Part shown: positions 17,876 through 28,110 of the stretch, piece after piece
Layout of the letters: each line of letters starts with the position of its first letter
Numbering within the stretch: position 1 is the stretch's first letter
DNA from: Candidatus Hopanoidivorans cymbastelae
Lineage (GTDB): Bacteria; Actinomycetota; Acidimicrobiia; Acidimicrobiales; Hopanoidiivorantaceae
Length of the DNA: 64,000 nucleotides
Direction: 5' to 3'
Assembly (NCBI GenBank): GCA_028283145.1
Contig: JAPYNY010000053.1
Coordinates: 6,175 to 70,174 of the forward strand
Notes under the pieces: model-generated
Told to the model about the DNA's origin: nothing
The model's input: the letters and a program-made list of their open reading frames with translations, nothing else
Database searches by the model: none
Made by a program: the position numbers and the translations under genes

Positions 17876-20156
17876 TCACTCCAACTGGCAGCTGCAAGGC
17901 AGCATCAGCCTGCTTGACGTCTTGGGCCGTGATGGGGCGGTCAACGCCGACCAGCTCCAGCGGCAACTCCTCACGGCGCTGCTTCAACGTCTTGGCATCA
18001 ATATAGAGGTCGGGGCGAATCACCTGCGCAATGGCAGGCAGCAGCAACGCCACACCCAAGGAAACCAACATGAACGTCCATGTGCCAATGCCGTCCGTTA
18101 TCCGCCAGAGATAGAAAAGACCTTGGAAAACCACCCAGGCACTCAAAAGCGGCAGCCCCCTACGGCTGGTGAGCGGACGATAATTGTCAAACATGTCGTT
18201 GAGAAAACCAGCTGGAGAAGTAGCCAAGGAAATAGCCGCAAAAGCAGGCCCCACAAAGATGAAAAAGTCCTTCACCACATCGGTGAACAGCCACTCAAAA
18301 GCAGAATAGTCAACCGACAGCTTCAGGAAGACATCACCCAGCATCACAAAGAAAACACCAGTCAAAATCCCGCCTGCAAAAGCCCCGCTGACATAGCCGA
18401 CTCCGGCCACAACCGTCAGCAGCACCAATGGCAAACTGGCTGTAATCACCCACGAATTTTCATCTGAGGCACCCTGCTGGGCAGCATACAAGACTCCGCC
18501 CACGCCCGCTATAGCCGACGATAAAGCAAAAACCGACAGCTTCATCTTCACCAAGCTCATGCCCAACGTTGCACTGGCAGCCGGGCTGTCTTTCATGGCA
18601 GCCAAGCGGCGGCCGTAGGTGCTGCGGCGCAGCGCCACCAGCCCCAGCCCGATGAGCGCAAAGACAACTGCCAGAAACACCATGTAGTTGGAGTTGCTGA
18701 TTCTGAAATCGATGCCAAACCAGTTGGGGCGCGGCACAAATAGACCGCCCCCCGTGAAGATGTTGATCTCAAAGTCTTCCCCGTCGCCATACCAAGGCAA
18801 GTTGAAATGAAGCGTGCGGCGCTGCTTGAAAACCATGTTGGTAACGAAAATGGCAAAGCCAAAAGTCACTAACCCCTGGTAGAGCCCGCGTAATCGCAGC
18901 GCCGGCAGGGCAATGATGGCACCCACCAGAGCACACACAGCCGCGGCCAGCAGCAGGCCCCAAATGGAAAGGCTCTCGTTGATGTGGCCCTTGGTGATAT
19001 TGACTTCAAACTGGTAGGCCACCACCGCACCGATGCCGGCAAAGGTCAAAGGCGCCAGATTAAGCTCTCCGCCATAGCCAGTCAGCAACACCAGCGACAG
19101 GGCGATGATGCCAAAAGCCAACCCGGTGGAAAGCAGCGCTTCAGGCTTGCGTTGGGCGATGGGCACGGCAGCCGCGAAAAACAGCACCAGCACACCAGCC
19201 CACAACGCAGCCTTGGGGATAGTCGGCACGCTAAAACGTTCTTTGAATCTAGACACGACAGCCCCGCGTAATCGCTCATGCGGCAGCAAAATGAGCACAA
19301 TCACCAACAGCACCACCGGAATGCTGATGCGGAAACCGCTCAGCCAAGTCCATTTTTGCCCGGTGTCGGACAGCCAGTTCCAATAGCTGATACTCAATCC
19401 AACCACGATGGCGCCCACAAAAGTCAAAGTGAGGCTGCGCAGCTTGCCGAAGATGGCCGCCGCGTAAGCATCAACGATCAGCAAGGTCAAAGCCAGATTG
19501 TTGATGGCCGCATTTTGAAGCGAACCGATCAGCACACCCGCCAGCCCAGCCAGAGCCGTTCCAATCATCCAGCTGAAAGACGCTGCCAACACTGGCCGGC
19601 CGCCGTTCAACTGAGTGAGTTCTGGGTTGTCCACCACGGCGCGCATGTTGACACCGATGCGCATCTTGTAAAGCACCACATACAGCCCGGCCGCCATCAG
19701 CACAGCCACAATCAAGACGATGATGTGGTGCCAGCTGATGAAGGTGTCTCCGATGGTGATTTTTTTGTCGGGGCCGAAGAACCGTCTCAAAGTCTCAGGT
19801 ATAGGGTCGCCCCAAATCCAACTGGCCGAGCCTGTCAGCAGCAATAGCAGTGCGATCGGCACCACCAGTTTGGTGATTTCCATAGTGTTCTGAAGTCCCC
19901 GCATAACGAATCGCTCCAGCAAGGCCCCGAAAATCGGGCAGAAGACGAAAATGACCAAAAAGATAGCCAGCGGAGCGGGAAAATTCCAGTCCCAGCGAAA
20001 CTGCCAATACAAAAAGGCGGCAAACATGCCCACCGCTCCGTGGGCAAAATTGAAAATTCCGGAGGTGGCGTAGGTGACCACCAAACCGGAAGCTGCAATG
20101 GCGTAGATAGCCCCAACGGCTACACCAATGACCGTGAACGACAAGAAATCAGCCAT
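17853..20156 (-). CDS. Fused LivH/LivM-type ABC permease (767 aa) with extra C-terminal TM segments
   Basis: The N-terminal half is LivH-like ('TYATSGIFNFAHGA'). The second half is LivM-like ('LLTGYGGELNLAPLTFAGIGA'). Confidence 0.85.
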   Translation of the reverse strand: MADFLSFTVIGVAVGAIYAIAASGLVVTYATSGIFNFAHGAVGMFAAFLYWQFRWDWNFPAPLAIFLVIFVFCPIFGALLERFVMRGLQNTMEITKLVVPIALLLLLTGSASWIWGDPIPETLRRFFGPDKKITIGDTFISWHHIIVLIVAVLMAAGLYVVLYKMRIGVNMRAVVDNPELTQLNGGRPVLAASFSWMIGTALAGLAGVLIGSLQNAAINNLALTLLIVDAYAAAIFGKLRSLTLTFVGAIVVGLSISYWNWLSDTGQKWTWLSGFRISIPVVLLVIVLILLPHERLRGAVVSRFKERFSVPTIPKAALWAGVLVLFFAAAVPIAQRKPEALLSTGLAFGIIALSLVLLTGYGGELNLAPLTFAGIGAVVAYQFEVNITKGHINESLSIWGLLLAAAVCALVGAIIALPALRLRGLYQGLVTFGFAIFVTNMVFKQRRTLHFNLPWYGDGEDFEINIFTGGGLFVPRPNWFGIDFRISNSNYMVFLAVVFALIGLGLVALRRSTYGRRLAAMKDSPAASATLGMSLVKMKLSVFALSSAIAGVGGVLYAAQQGASDENSWVITASLPLVLLTVVAGVGYVSGAFAGGILTGVFFVMLGDVFLKLSVDYSAFEWLFTDVVKDFFIFVGPAFAAISLATSPAGFLNDMFDNYRPLTSRRGLPLLSAWVVFQGLFYLWRITDGIGTWTFMLVSLGVALLLPAIAQVIRPDLYIDAKTLKQRREELPLELVGVDRPITAQDVKQADAALQLPVGVSDNDGRS

Positions 20157-20276
20157 CAGCCTGTCAGTCGATTACTCCAGAAGTAAACCGAGCGGCCGTG
20201 GAGTTGAAATTCCTCCAACCCCACAGCCAGCCTCAGTTTTGCTGGGTTTCGCTAGTAGGTATACCTGCTAGGTGGC

Positions 20277-21827
20277 CTAGTTGGCGATGAACTTGGTGGA
20301 TTTGCGATTCTCATCCAGTTGTGCAGCTTGGACAGCCGGAGTATCAATCGTCAAACGCCATTCGGGGTTACATTCAAAAGTGCCAGGCTCAGACGGAGCC
20401 ACTCGGCGATATTCAGTGCCGACCAACTCCATCAACAAGCCACAGACTGGAGCTTCATTGCCAGCTGGGAAGGCGGGCACGTGCAGGCCATGACCCGTCC
20501 ATTCTTCAATCTTGCCAATTTCTTCCAGAACACAATCGCGGGTTAGGTTTGAGCCGCAAGCCGCCGCGCCAGTAGCCCAGAGCAGGAAGTTGGATGCTGC
20601 TTGCATGCCCAGCAACGTTACCTGCTCGTTGCCGGCGTCGCTCAGGATTTGGATAAAGTCGGCTGTGGCCTTGTTGGAATCAGCTTCTTCAAACGGGATG
20701 AAGACCATGCGAACAAAAGTCTGATCCAGGGCTCCGCTTTGGTTCGCCTCGGCACAACTGGAATCATAGAAGTTGGCATCGGCCAGCCAGATGGCATCAA
20801 GCTCTTGAAGCGCAGCTGCTTCGCGCACAAACTGATAGAAGAACGGGCATGAGCCGGTGAAGTAAACCACCTCTACGTCATCGTCTTTGAGCGCATTGAT
20901 GAACGGAGACCAATCGGCTTCGCCATTGATGTCGTATTCCAATGCGGTTGAGAACTCAAAGCCATAGTCGGAATAGGAAGCCTCAACTTTTTCCCAAGTT
21001 TCAACCGTGGCTGAAAAATTGCCATACATGCTGCCTGACTTGGTGATGTCATAGCCCCGCTCGGCCGCGATGCCCACCATTTGAGCTGCAATGCTCATCG
21101 GATTTTGGTCGGCTGGATTCGGGACTGCGTTGACCTGGAATGGGCCATGCGCAAAATCGGCACTGACCGTCCAAGCAGGCACGGCTCCCAAACCGCACTC
21201 GACGCGAGTCGGCTCAGCCAGCTGGTCCAGACTGAAACCGCTGGCTACCAACATGAATACCTCTTCACAGGCTGCTTGCATGACGGCTCCAGCTTGGGTG
21301 ATGGCAGCATCGTACTGTCTGTATTCAATTTGACGCCCGTTAATTCCACCCAGCTCATTGCAGGCATCAATGAAGTTGATGACGGCATTGGTCTGATGCT
21401 GATTTAAACCTGGAGACGCTTGGAAACCGCGGTCATCACCTAGGCCGATGACAATGCTCTCGTCGGTTACGCCCTGCGCGGTCGCGCCTAAGGCATCGCC
21501 CGGGCCACAAGGCCAGGCAACATCACCGAATGTGGGGCCTTCTGGCTCAGGCGGGGCGGTAGTAGTTGTTGGGGCAGGTGTTTCCTCATCGTCGTCGTCA
21601 GGCTCTTCGCCATCAGGTGTGTCTGGGTCAGGTTCGGGTTCAGGCTCCGATTCCGGAGGGGGTGGGGCAGCGGTGGTGGTTGGAGCAGATGTCGGCTGGG
21701 TTACTTCCGGGTCGTCATCGCCCTCTTCGTCGCGGTCGCTGCCGCAGGCCGCGGCAATCAGAGAACCGACGGCCAGCACGGGCACTAGCAGGAGCCATGC
21801 TTTGTTGGCTTTAGTCTTGTGCATCAT
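20277..21827 (-). CDS. Liv-type ABC substrate-binding lipoprotein with a long acidic/Pro-rich linker
   Basis: Lipobox 'LIAAAC', a ~70-aa D/E/P/T-rich tract, then a type-I periplasmic binding fold. It lies in an operon with the permease and ATPases. Confidence 0.85.
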   Translation of the reverse strand: MMHKTKANKAWLLLVPVLAVGSLIAAACGSDRDEEGDDDPEVTQPTSAPTTTAAPPPPESEPEPEPDPDTPDGEEPDDDDEETPAPTTTTAPPEPEGPTFGDVAWPCGPGDALGATAQGVTDESIVIGLGDDRGFQASPGLNQHQTNAVINFIDACNELGGINGRQIEYRQYDAAITQAGAVMQAACEEVFMLVASGFSLDQLAEPTRVECGLGAVPAWTVSADFAHGPFQVNAVPNPADQNPMSIAAQMVGIAAERGYDITKSGSMYGNFSATVETWEKVEASYSDYGFEFSTALEYDINGEADWSPFINALKDDDVEVVYFTGSCPFFYQFVREAAALQELDAIWLADANFYDSSCAEANQSGALDQTFVRMVFIPFEEADSNKATADFIQILSDAGNEQVTLLGMQAASNFLLWATGAAACGSNLTRDCVLEEIGKIEEWTGHGLHVPAFPAGNEAPVCGLLMELVGTEYRRVAPSEPGTFECNPEWRLTIDTPAVQAAQLDENRKSTKFIAN

Positions 21828-22033
21828 TGTTTTTCCTCCTAATAGGTATAGATGGTTTTGGTGGGGTTGGATAGTTTTGTTGGATTTGTAAAGTCGCAGA
21901 TTGTTGCTCGGATTTCAAACATGCTATTTCGCTATAGTAGCACAATTAAGATTAACGAAGTGGAAACTCGCCCAGTAGAGGCCCGCCCAGCGATAACTCG
22001 TCCAGCGAACCCCGTCCAATCAATGCACACCCA

Positions 22034-23011
22034 GTGAACCCCCGCCCCACAATTCTCTCCACGGCTCCGCTGCGCGGCCCAGGCTTGGACAAGCTGCGCG
22101 AAATTGGAAATGTCATCTTAGACCCTTGGACAGAGCAAATCCCTTTCAGAGTGCTGGGCCCCGACGATTTGGCCGAACTCGTTATCCAAACCAAAGCGCA
22201 GATCCTGATCTGCGAAGCTGACTTCTGCTTTGGTGCCGTGCTAGAGCTGCCGCTGATGGCTGTCGCTGCCACCCGTGGCGATCCCACCAATGTGGATCTC
22301 ACCGCTGCCACCAACCAGGGTATCCCAGTGCTGTGCACACCCGGTCGCAATGCCGACTCTGTAGCAGAACTGACGGTTGCGCTGATGTTTGCGCTGAACC
22401 GTCGCGTGCTGCCTGCCGACCAGGAGTTGCGCCAAGGCAGGGTTTTCGGAGACACTCTCCCCTATCAGCGCCATCGCGCTCCCCTGCTGGCTGGCCGCAC
22501 TATTGGCTTGGTGGGTTTGGGAGCGGTTGGCAAAGCTGTCAAGTGGCGCATGGAAGCCTTGGGATTGCGGGTGATAGCCAGCGACCCCTTTGTGGAGGCA
22601 GCCGAATGGGAGTTGGAAGACCTGCTAGCCGAAGCCGACATCGTGTCAATGCATACCACCGCTGGGCCACAGACCGCCCATATGATGAACCACGAACGTT
22701 TCGCCCTGATGAAACCTGGCTCGCTGTATATCAATACGGCACGTGCTGGTCTGCACGACCTGGATGCCTTGACGCAAGTCTTGGAGAACGGCCATCTCCG
22801 GGGGGCAGCTTTAGATCATTTTGACGGTGAGATGCTGCCTGAAGGGCACCCCCTGCTGAAAAGGGACAACGTAATCTTGACACCTCATATCGGCGGCGCC
22901 TGCGAAGACACCGAATTGCGCCACACCCAGATGATCGCCGACGATATCGTTCGGATTCTCAACCAAGAACGGCCCAAGCATCTAGCCAACCCCGAAGTGT
23001 GGCCGGTGTAG
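22034..23011 (+). CDS. D-isomer-specific 2-hydroxyacid dehydrogenase family protein
   Basis: NAD motif 'GLVGLGAVGKAV', plus 'LTPHIGG' and 'N.AR' blocks. Confidence 0.85.
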   Translation: MNPRPTILSTAPLRGPGLDKLREIGNVILDPWTEQIPFRVLGPDDLAELVIQTKAQILICEADFCFGAVLELPLMAVAATRGDPTNVDLTAATNQGIPVLCTPGRNADSVAELTVALMFALNRRVLPADQELRQGRVFGDTLPYQRHRAPLLAGRTIGLVGLGAVGKAVKWRMEALGLRVIASDPFVEAAEWELEDLLAEADIVSMHTTAGPQTAHMMNHERFALMKPGSLYINTARAGLHDLDALTQVLENGHLRGAALDHFDGEMLPEGHPLLKRDNVILTPHIGGACEDTELRHTQMIADDIVRILNQERPKHLANPEVWPV

Positions 23012-23082
23012 GAAAATGGCAGGTGTAAAATCTATTCAGATAACGACTTCCGACCAGCCAAACCGACCAGCCCGATACTGCT

Positions 23083-23811
23083 TTGACCATGACCACTGCT
23101 GAGCTATCCGACCAAGCTGACCACGCCAGCCCCACGGAGCCGCCCAATCGTAATGATGCTCCCAACCGAGAGGCAATCCTGGCCGAAGTCATTCAAGTCT
23201 CCCGTCTGTTCTATGACAAAGGTCTGGTTGAAGGCACCGCCGGCAATGTCTCAGCCCTAGTTGCAAATAATAGGGTAGCCATCACCCCGTCTTCCATGCC
23301 CTATCACGAGATGGAACCACAAGATCTGGTCTGCGTCAACCTTGAAGGCGAAGTCGCCTCGGGCGAGCGCAACCCTTCCGCCGAGACCGCTATGCATCTG
23401 GCCTGCTACAAGAGTTTTCCAGAAGTTAGGGCAGTCATTCACAGCCATCCGCTCTATGCCTCCATGTTTGCCGTGGCTCGCCAGCCCATCCCCGCCGCCA
23501 TTGAAGAGGTGACCATCTACATTGGCGGCAATATTGAAGTCTGCGACTATGCCATGACTGGCACGCCAGAGTTGGGACAAGCCGTGGTAGCCAAACTCCA
23601 AGACCGCAGCGCCGCGCTTTTGGCCAATCACGGTCTTATCTGCGTTGGCAAAAATCCGCAAGACGCCCTGCATGCTTCGCTGGTGGTGGAGCGAACCGCC
23701 CAGATTGTCTGGGGAGCTAGGGTGCTGGGCAATTCATACTCGGTGCCAGAAAAGGTCAACCACGACTTTGGTGAGATTTATCGTCTAATCAGAAAAGAAA
23801 TGTGGAACTAA
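23083..23811 (+). CDS. Class II aldolase/adducin-family protein
   Basis: 'GTAGNVSA', 'IHSHPLYASMF' and 'LANHGLICVG'. Confidence 0.85.
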   Translation: MTMTTAELSDQADHASPTEPPNRNDAPNREAILAEVIQVSRLFYDKGLVEGTAGNVSALVANNRVAITPSSMPYHEMEPQDLVCVNLEGEVASGERNPSAETAMHLACYKSFPEVRAVIHSHPLYASMFAVARQPIPAAIEEVTIYIGGNIEVCDYAMTGTPELGQAVVAKLQDRSAALLANHGLICVGKNPQDALHASLVVERTAQIVWGARVLGNSYSVPEKVNHDFGEIYRLIRKEMWN

Positions 23812-23844
23812 CTAAAATTCTTTAAACAACCAGGAGCTTTTGAC

Positions 23845-25065
23845 ATGGAAATTCCCGATTTTCACAACCCCGATACTTACGTTGACGCAGCGCCCCATGA
23901 AGCCTTTGCCCACCTGCGCCAGCACGAGCCGGTGCGCTGGCAAGATATTCCCAACGACAGCGGCTATTGGATGGTGCTGCGCCACACCGATGTTGTCCAC
24001 GTAGCTCGCGAACCCAAGATTTTTTCCGCCGAGTTGGGCGGAGTGGTAGTGGAAACTATGGAACCGGCCCAGTTAGCCAGCATGCGCAATATGTTGCTGG
24101 CCATGGACCCGCCCCGTCACACCGCTTGGAGGCGCAACATTGCACCCCACTTCAAAGCTCGGGTGATTGGGCAGCTGGAGGGACGCGTGCGCGAGATCAC
24201 CCGCGATATCCTAGCTAGAGGTAAAGACATGGGTGAAGTGGATTTTGTGCATGATGTCTGCGCTCACCTGCCTTCTAACGTTATGGGTGAAATAATGGGC
24301 ATCCCCGCTGAAGATCGTCCCCAAATCCACCAGTGGGCTGAGCAGCAAGCCAGCGGGCAAGACCCGGAAATCAATCCTGACAACTATCAGACTGTGGGGT
24401 CCGATGCAAGTATGGCCATGGCTGTCTATGCCATTGAACACGCACGCCTGAGGCGGGAGAGACGAGCTTCGGGCGATGATTCCAATCCCGACCTGACAGA
24501 TCTGGTCATGGCTGCCGAAGTAGAAGGGCGCTCCATGACCGACGTTGACTTCGGGAGCTTTTTCGTGCAGTTGGTGACTGCCGGCAACGACACCACCCGC
24601 ACAATGCTGGCAGGCGGTACTTTAGCCTTGTTGCAGCATCCTGAAACCTTGGCTGAGTTGCGTGAGAATCCCAGCCTGATCCCGGCTGCCGTTGAGGAGA
24701 TCCTGCGCTGGGCCAACCCACTGCACTACTTCAGGCGCACGACCACGCAAGATACCCAAGTTGCCGGCCAGCCAATCAAAGCGGGCGAAAAAGTAGCTAT
24801 GATTTATACTTCAGCCAACCGGGACGAGACGGTCTTTGAAGACCCCGACCGCTTTGACATTCACCGCAGCCCCAACCCGCATTTGTCGTTCGGTATCGGA
24901 ACTCACTTTTGCCTAGGTGTGCACCTGGCCAGGTTGGAGGGGCGGGTGTTCTTTGAAGAACTTCTGAATACGTTTTCAGACATTGAACTAATCGGCCAGC
25001 CACGCCGGACCAGGTCTAACTTGAATAATTCGCTGAAGGAGTTGCCATTGCGCCTAGCTGCCTAA
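23845..25065 (+). CDS. Cytochrome P450
   Basis: 'AGNDTT' I-helix, 'EEILRW' ExxR, and heme loop 'FGIGTHFCLGVHLA'. Confidence 0.92.
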   Translation: MEIPDFHNPDTYVDAAPHEAFAHLRQHEPVRWQDIPNDSGYWMVLRHTDVVHVAREPKIFSAELGGVVVETMEPAQLASMRNMLLAMDPPRHTAWRRNIAPHFKARVIGQLEGRVREITRDILARGKDMGEVDFVHDVCAHLPSNVMGEIMGIPAEDRPQIHQWAEQQASGQDPEINPDNYQTVGSDASMAMAVYAIEHARLRRERRASGDDSNPDLTDLVMAAEVEGRSMTDVDFGSFFVQLVTAGNDTTRTMLAGGTLALLQHPETLAELRENPSLIPAAVEEILRWANPLHYFRRTTTQDTQVAGQPIKAGEKVAMIYTSANRDETVFEDPDRFDIHRSPNPHLSFGIGTHFCLGVHLARLEGRVFFEELLNTFSDIELIGQPRRTRSNLNNSLKELPLRLAA

Positions 25066-25082
25066 AGCCCGCAGCCGGGCCA

Positions 25083-25108
25083 GGCTAGCTAAGCGGGCTA
25101 GCTAAGCG
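25083..25108. repeat. Perfect 13-bp tandem duplication (GGCTAGCTAAGCG x2) spanning the stop codon of the phosphotransferase gene
   Basis: Read directly. Confidence 0.9.
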
Positions 25109-26207
25109 GGACCAACTCTCCTGGCGGGTCAATACCCAGATAACTCGCCAGTTGATGAGTTGCGGGGTTGTTGTATTCCAAAAAACGGGCTTCGGCAGGA
25201 ATAGCCCCATATTTGATCTGCATGGAAATGATCTGAATCATCACCACGCAAAACCTAAGCGAGCCCCAAACTTTGAAATAGTCAATGTTGTTGACCGTCT
25301 TGCCCGAAGCTCGCTCATAGCACTCAACTGTTTCAGCTTCGCTCAAAAAACCAGGCAACCAGTCAAACCCGCTCCAGCGACTCTGCCATTCGTTCATGGA
25401 AATGAACCAACCCAAATCCACTTCCTTGGGGCCGATGGTGGCCATTTCCCAGTCAAACACCCCAATCGGGCGAAAGTCATCTCCATACATCATGTTGGAT
25501 GGGCGGGCATCTCCCCAGTTGACCACCAACTCCAGCTCGGCTGTTGGGTCGTTCTTGGTCAGCCACTCCATAGCAGCTTCCACCGTCGGCTGCGGGCGCC
25601 CCTCACTAGCCCAGTCAATGTAGTGCCGATAGTAACCCAACTGCTGGGCGAAACCCGTAGGGCCGTGCTTCGGCTGGTCTAAAAACTCCAAAAACCCTGC
25701 CGCACGCCAGTCGATAGCGTGAATCTTGGCCATCGTCTCCAAAGAACTGGTGTATAGGGCACGCTGCTGCTCAGGCGTGGCATCCTTGACGAAGCCAGCT
25801 TCGAAATATGGCGGATTGTCGGACGGCACACGCCCCCAAAGTCGCTCCATCAAGAAGAATGGCTGGCCTAGCACCTCCCCTGTGTCTTCCACCCAATAGA
25901 CCTCAGGCACGGGCACATCCGAGCTGGCCCGCACGCTTTGAAGGCTGCGATACTGCACCGCCATGTTGTATTCGGGGAAAATGGCGTAGTCGGTCGGGCG
26001 CATTCGGATGACGATGCCCTGTGAATATTCCTTCCCGTCTGGCTCGTGCCACTTCAGCTCCCCCAACAGCGTCTCATTGCTGAAACCGCTGGAGTCGGGT
26101 ATGTCCAACTCGGTTACCTGCGCATCTGAGATGCCTGGCTGGGTGTTGAGCCATTCGGCCAGGCTGGCTTTCATCTTGGCTTCATCACGGGCTTGCGGAA
26201 TGGGCAC
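25098..26207 (-). CDS. Phosphotransferase (APH/kinase-like) family protein
   Basis: 'VNWGDARPSNMM' (HxDxxxxN-like catalytic loop variant) and 'VFDWE'. The size is typical of this family. Confidence 0.75.
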   Translation of the reverse strand: MPIPQARDEAKMKASLAEWLNTQPGISDAQVTELDIPDSSGFSNETLLGELKWHEPDGKEYSQGIVIRMRPTDYAIFPEYNMAVQYRSLQSVRASSDVPVPEVYWVEDTGEVLGQPFFLMERLWGRVPSDNPPYFEAGFVKDATPEQQRALYTSSLETMAKIHAIDWRAAGFLEFLDQPKHGPTGFAQQLGYYRHYIDWASEGRPQPTVEAAMEWLTKNDPTAELELVVNWGDARPSNMMYGDDFRPIGVFDWEMATIGPKEVDLGWFISMNEWQSRWSGFDWLPGFLSEAETVECYERASGKTVNNIDYFKVWGSLRFCVVMIQIISMQIKYGAIPAEARFLEYNNPATHQLASYLGIDPPGELVPLS

Positions 26208-26231
26208 GGTTCCTCCTGCAGTTGAATTGTC

Positions 26232-26888
26232 TTGGCTGTATCTTCTTCTATATTAGGTTGTATGTCTGACACCGCTGGCGACCCAGGCGAGGGAAACACT
26301 CTTAAAACCGCTGGCCACCAAATGAACAGCACTGGAATAGCTGAACGTCTTGACCGGCTTTGGTCAATTGAAGCCATCAGACAATTGGCGGCGAACTACA
26401 GCCATTTTGTGGACAGTCGGGATTTGGATTCGTTGGTCGGGCTGTTTGTGGAGGACGTAAAGGTATCCCGAGATGCCAGTGGGCGAGATGCCTTGAAGCA
26501 GAGTTTCCGCAAAAGTCTGTCTGAAGTGGGCGTGACCATCCTCAAGGTAACTACTCATACCATTGACTTCACAGATACCGACCACGCTGTCGGCAGGGTG
26601 TATGCGCATGGCGATATTCAAATTGGCGGCAGGTGGATTCACCAAGCTATTCGCTACGATGACCGCTACGAAAGACGCGGCGATGCCTGGTATTTCACCG
26701 GGCGCAGACATCAGCTTTTCTACAGCGCGGACGTGGGTGAGAATCCACTCGGCTACCCGCCTGCCGACTGGCCCCAAAGCAATATCGGGCTGGGCACGTT
26801 GCCGTACAACCAACCAACCTGGCAAACTTTTTGGGGGAAGGAACAAGCGAAGAAAGACACAGAAATACAAGACAAGGAACAGACATGA
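26232..26888 (+). CDS. SnoaL-like / NTF2-fold protein
   Basis: '[27 protein letters not shown]' is SnoaL_4-like. The start is uncertain because there are several in-frame ATGs. Confidence 0.65.
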   Translation: MAVSSSILGCMSDTAGDPGEGNTLKTAGHQMNSTGIAERLDRLWSIEAIRQLAANYSHFVDSRDLDSLVGLFVEDVKVSRDASGRDALKQSFRKSLSEVGVTILKVTTHTIDFTDTDHAVGRVYAHGDIQIGGRWIHQAIRYDDRYERRGDAWYFTGRRHQLFYSADVGENPLGYPPADWPQSNIGLGTLPYNQPTWQTFWGKEQAKKDTEIQDKEQT

Positions 26889-27586
26889 GCTGGCTGAAAC
26901 CCAACAAAACAACCCTGCCCACCGCCGAAACCGCACTGCCCGGCCGCCAAGAGAAAATGCCCGTCGCGGCGGCCCATTATGTGCTGGGCACTCCTTTGGT
27001 TGAGCCCTTCCCAGAATGGTCTGAAAAACTAATAGTGGGAATGGGCTGCTTCTGGGGCGCCGAGAAAAAATTCTGGGAGCAAGACGGGGTGCTGACAACC
27101 GCGGTGGGCTACAGCGCCGGCCTAACGTCCAACCCCAGCTACGAGGAGGTCTGCAGCGGGCGGACCGGCCACAACGAGGTAGTGCTGGCAGTCTTCAATC
27201 CCCAGGCGATTGGCTTGGCTGAGGTCTTGGCGATCTTTTGGGAAAACCACGACCCGACTCAAGGGATGCGCCAAGGCAACGACGTCGGCACGCAATACCG
27301 CTCAGGAATTTACACTTTTTCTGACGGGCAGCAGCAGTTGGCCGAGATATCCCGCGAGGCATATCAAGAAGTGTTGACTGCTGCCGGCTATCCGAAAATC
27401 ACCACCGAGATAATCCCAGCCCAAGAGTTCTATTACGCCGAGGACTACCACCAGCAGTATCTGGCCAAGAATCCGTGGGGCTATTGCGGCATGGGCGGCA
27501 CCGGTCTGCAAATGCCACAAGGGGCTTGCCAAATCGGGCTGCCAGTGGATAACCAACCCCAACCAACCCCAAATGCCATAAGCTGA
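26885..27586 (+). CDS. msrA: Peptide-methionine (S)-S-oxide reductase
   Basis: '[13 protein letters not shown]' active site, 'GHNEVV' and 'DYHQQYL'. The start ATG overlaps the upstream stop (ATGA). Confidence 0.92.
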   Translation: MSWLKPNKTTLPTAETALPGRQEKMPVAAAHYVLGTPLVEPFPEWSEKLIVGMGCFWGAEKKFWEQDGVLTTAVGYSAGLTSNPSYEEVCSGRTGHNEVVLAVFNPQAIGLAEVLAIFWENHDPTQGMRQGNDVGTQYRSGIYTFSDGQQQLAEISREAYQEVLTAAGYPKITTEIIPAQEFYYAEDYHQQYLAKNPWGYCGMGGTGLQMPQGACQIGLPVDNQPQPTPNAIS

Positions 27587-27636
27587 CATCAAGCCATCAA
27601 CTGCTGATCAACCAACCAAAACCACAGGAGAAAGTT

Positions 27637-28110
27637 ATGTCATTTACCAGTCTGGCCATGCCTGACACGTGTCATATAGGTGATGAAGAGTTGCCTTGGG
27701 CTAATGCCGGGGAGAATATTCGTCTGAAAGTTCTGCACGTCCGCTCGCAAGAGGGTTTGTGGGTCATCCGCAATCAATTCGGCCCTGGCGTGCGGGTGCA
27801 AAAGCACCGTCACACCGGGCCGGTCTTTGGCATTACATCCTCGGGAGCTTGGGGCTATTTGGAGTATGACTATATGAATCGAGCTGGCTCCTATCTGTAT
27901 GAGCCAGCCCACTCAGAGCACAGCCTCTACACCCCCGACGACAACACCGAGCCGACTGACGTTACCTTCGTCATGTATGGCTGCAATCTCAACTTGGATG
28001 AAGACGGCAACGTCGAAAGCGTAACCGACGGGCCGGGCGTGCTTGAAGCCTACTATCTTATGCTGGAAGCGCAAGGCGAGCCCAGACCTAGCAATATTCT
28101 GGTGGACTGA
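27637..28110 (+). CDS. Cupin-fold protein, 2,4'-dihydroxyacetophenone-dioxygenase-like
   Basis: 'VQKHRHTGPVFGITSSGAWGYLEY...YLYEPAHSEH' gives a cupin His pattern. Confidence 0.65.
   Translation: MSFTSLAMPDTCHIGDEELPWANAGENIRLKVLHVRSQEGLWVIRNQFGPGVRVQKHRHTGPVFGITSSGAWGYLEYDYMNRAGSYLYEPAHSEHSLYTPDDNTEPTDVTFVMYGCNLNLDEDGNVESVTDGPGVLEAYYLMLEAQGEPRPSNILVD

Noticed and set aside
17607-18467. 286-aa plus-strand ORF (and neighbours 17510-17917, 19278-19847)
   Set aside because: They are antisense to the ABC ATPase and permease genes, which have textbook motifs. Their composition is Arg/Gln/His-rich and non-protein-like.
26364-27098. 244-aa minus-strand ORF spanning the SnoaL-like/msrA junction
   Set aside because: It is antisense to two well-supported genes and crosses their boundary, so it is an artefact.
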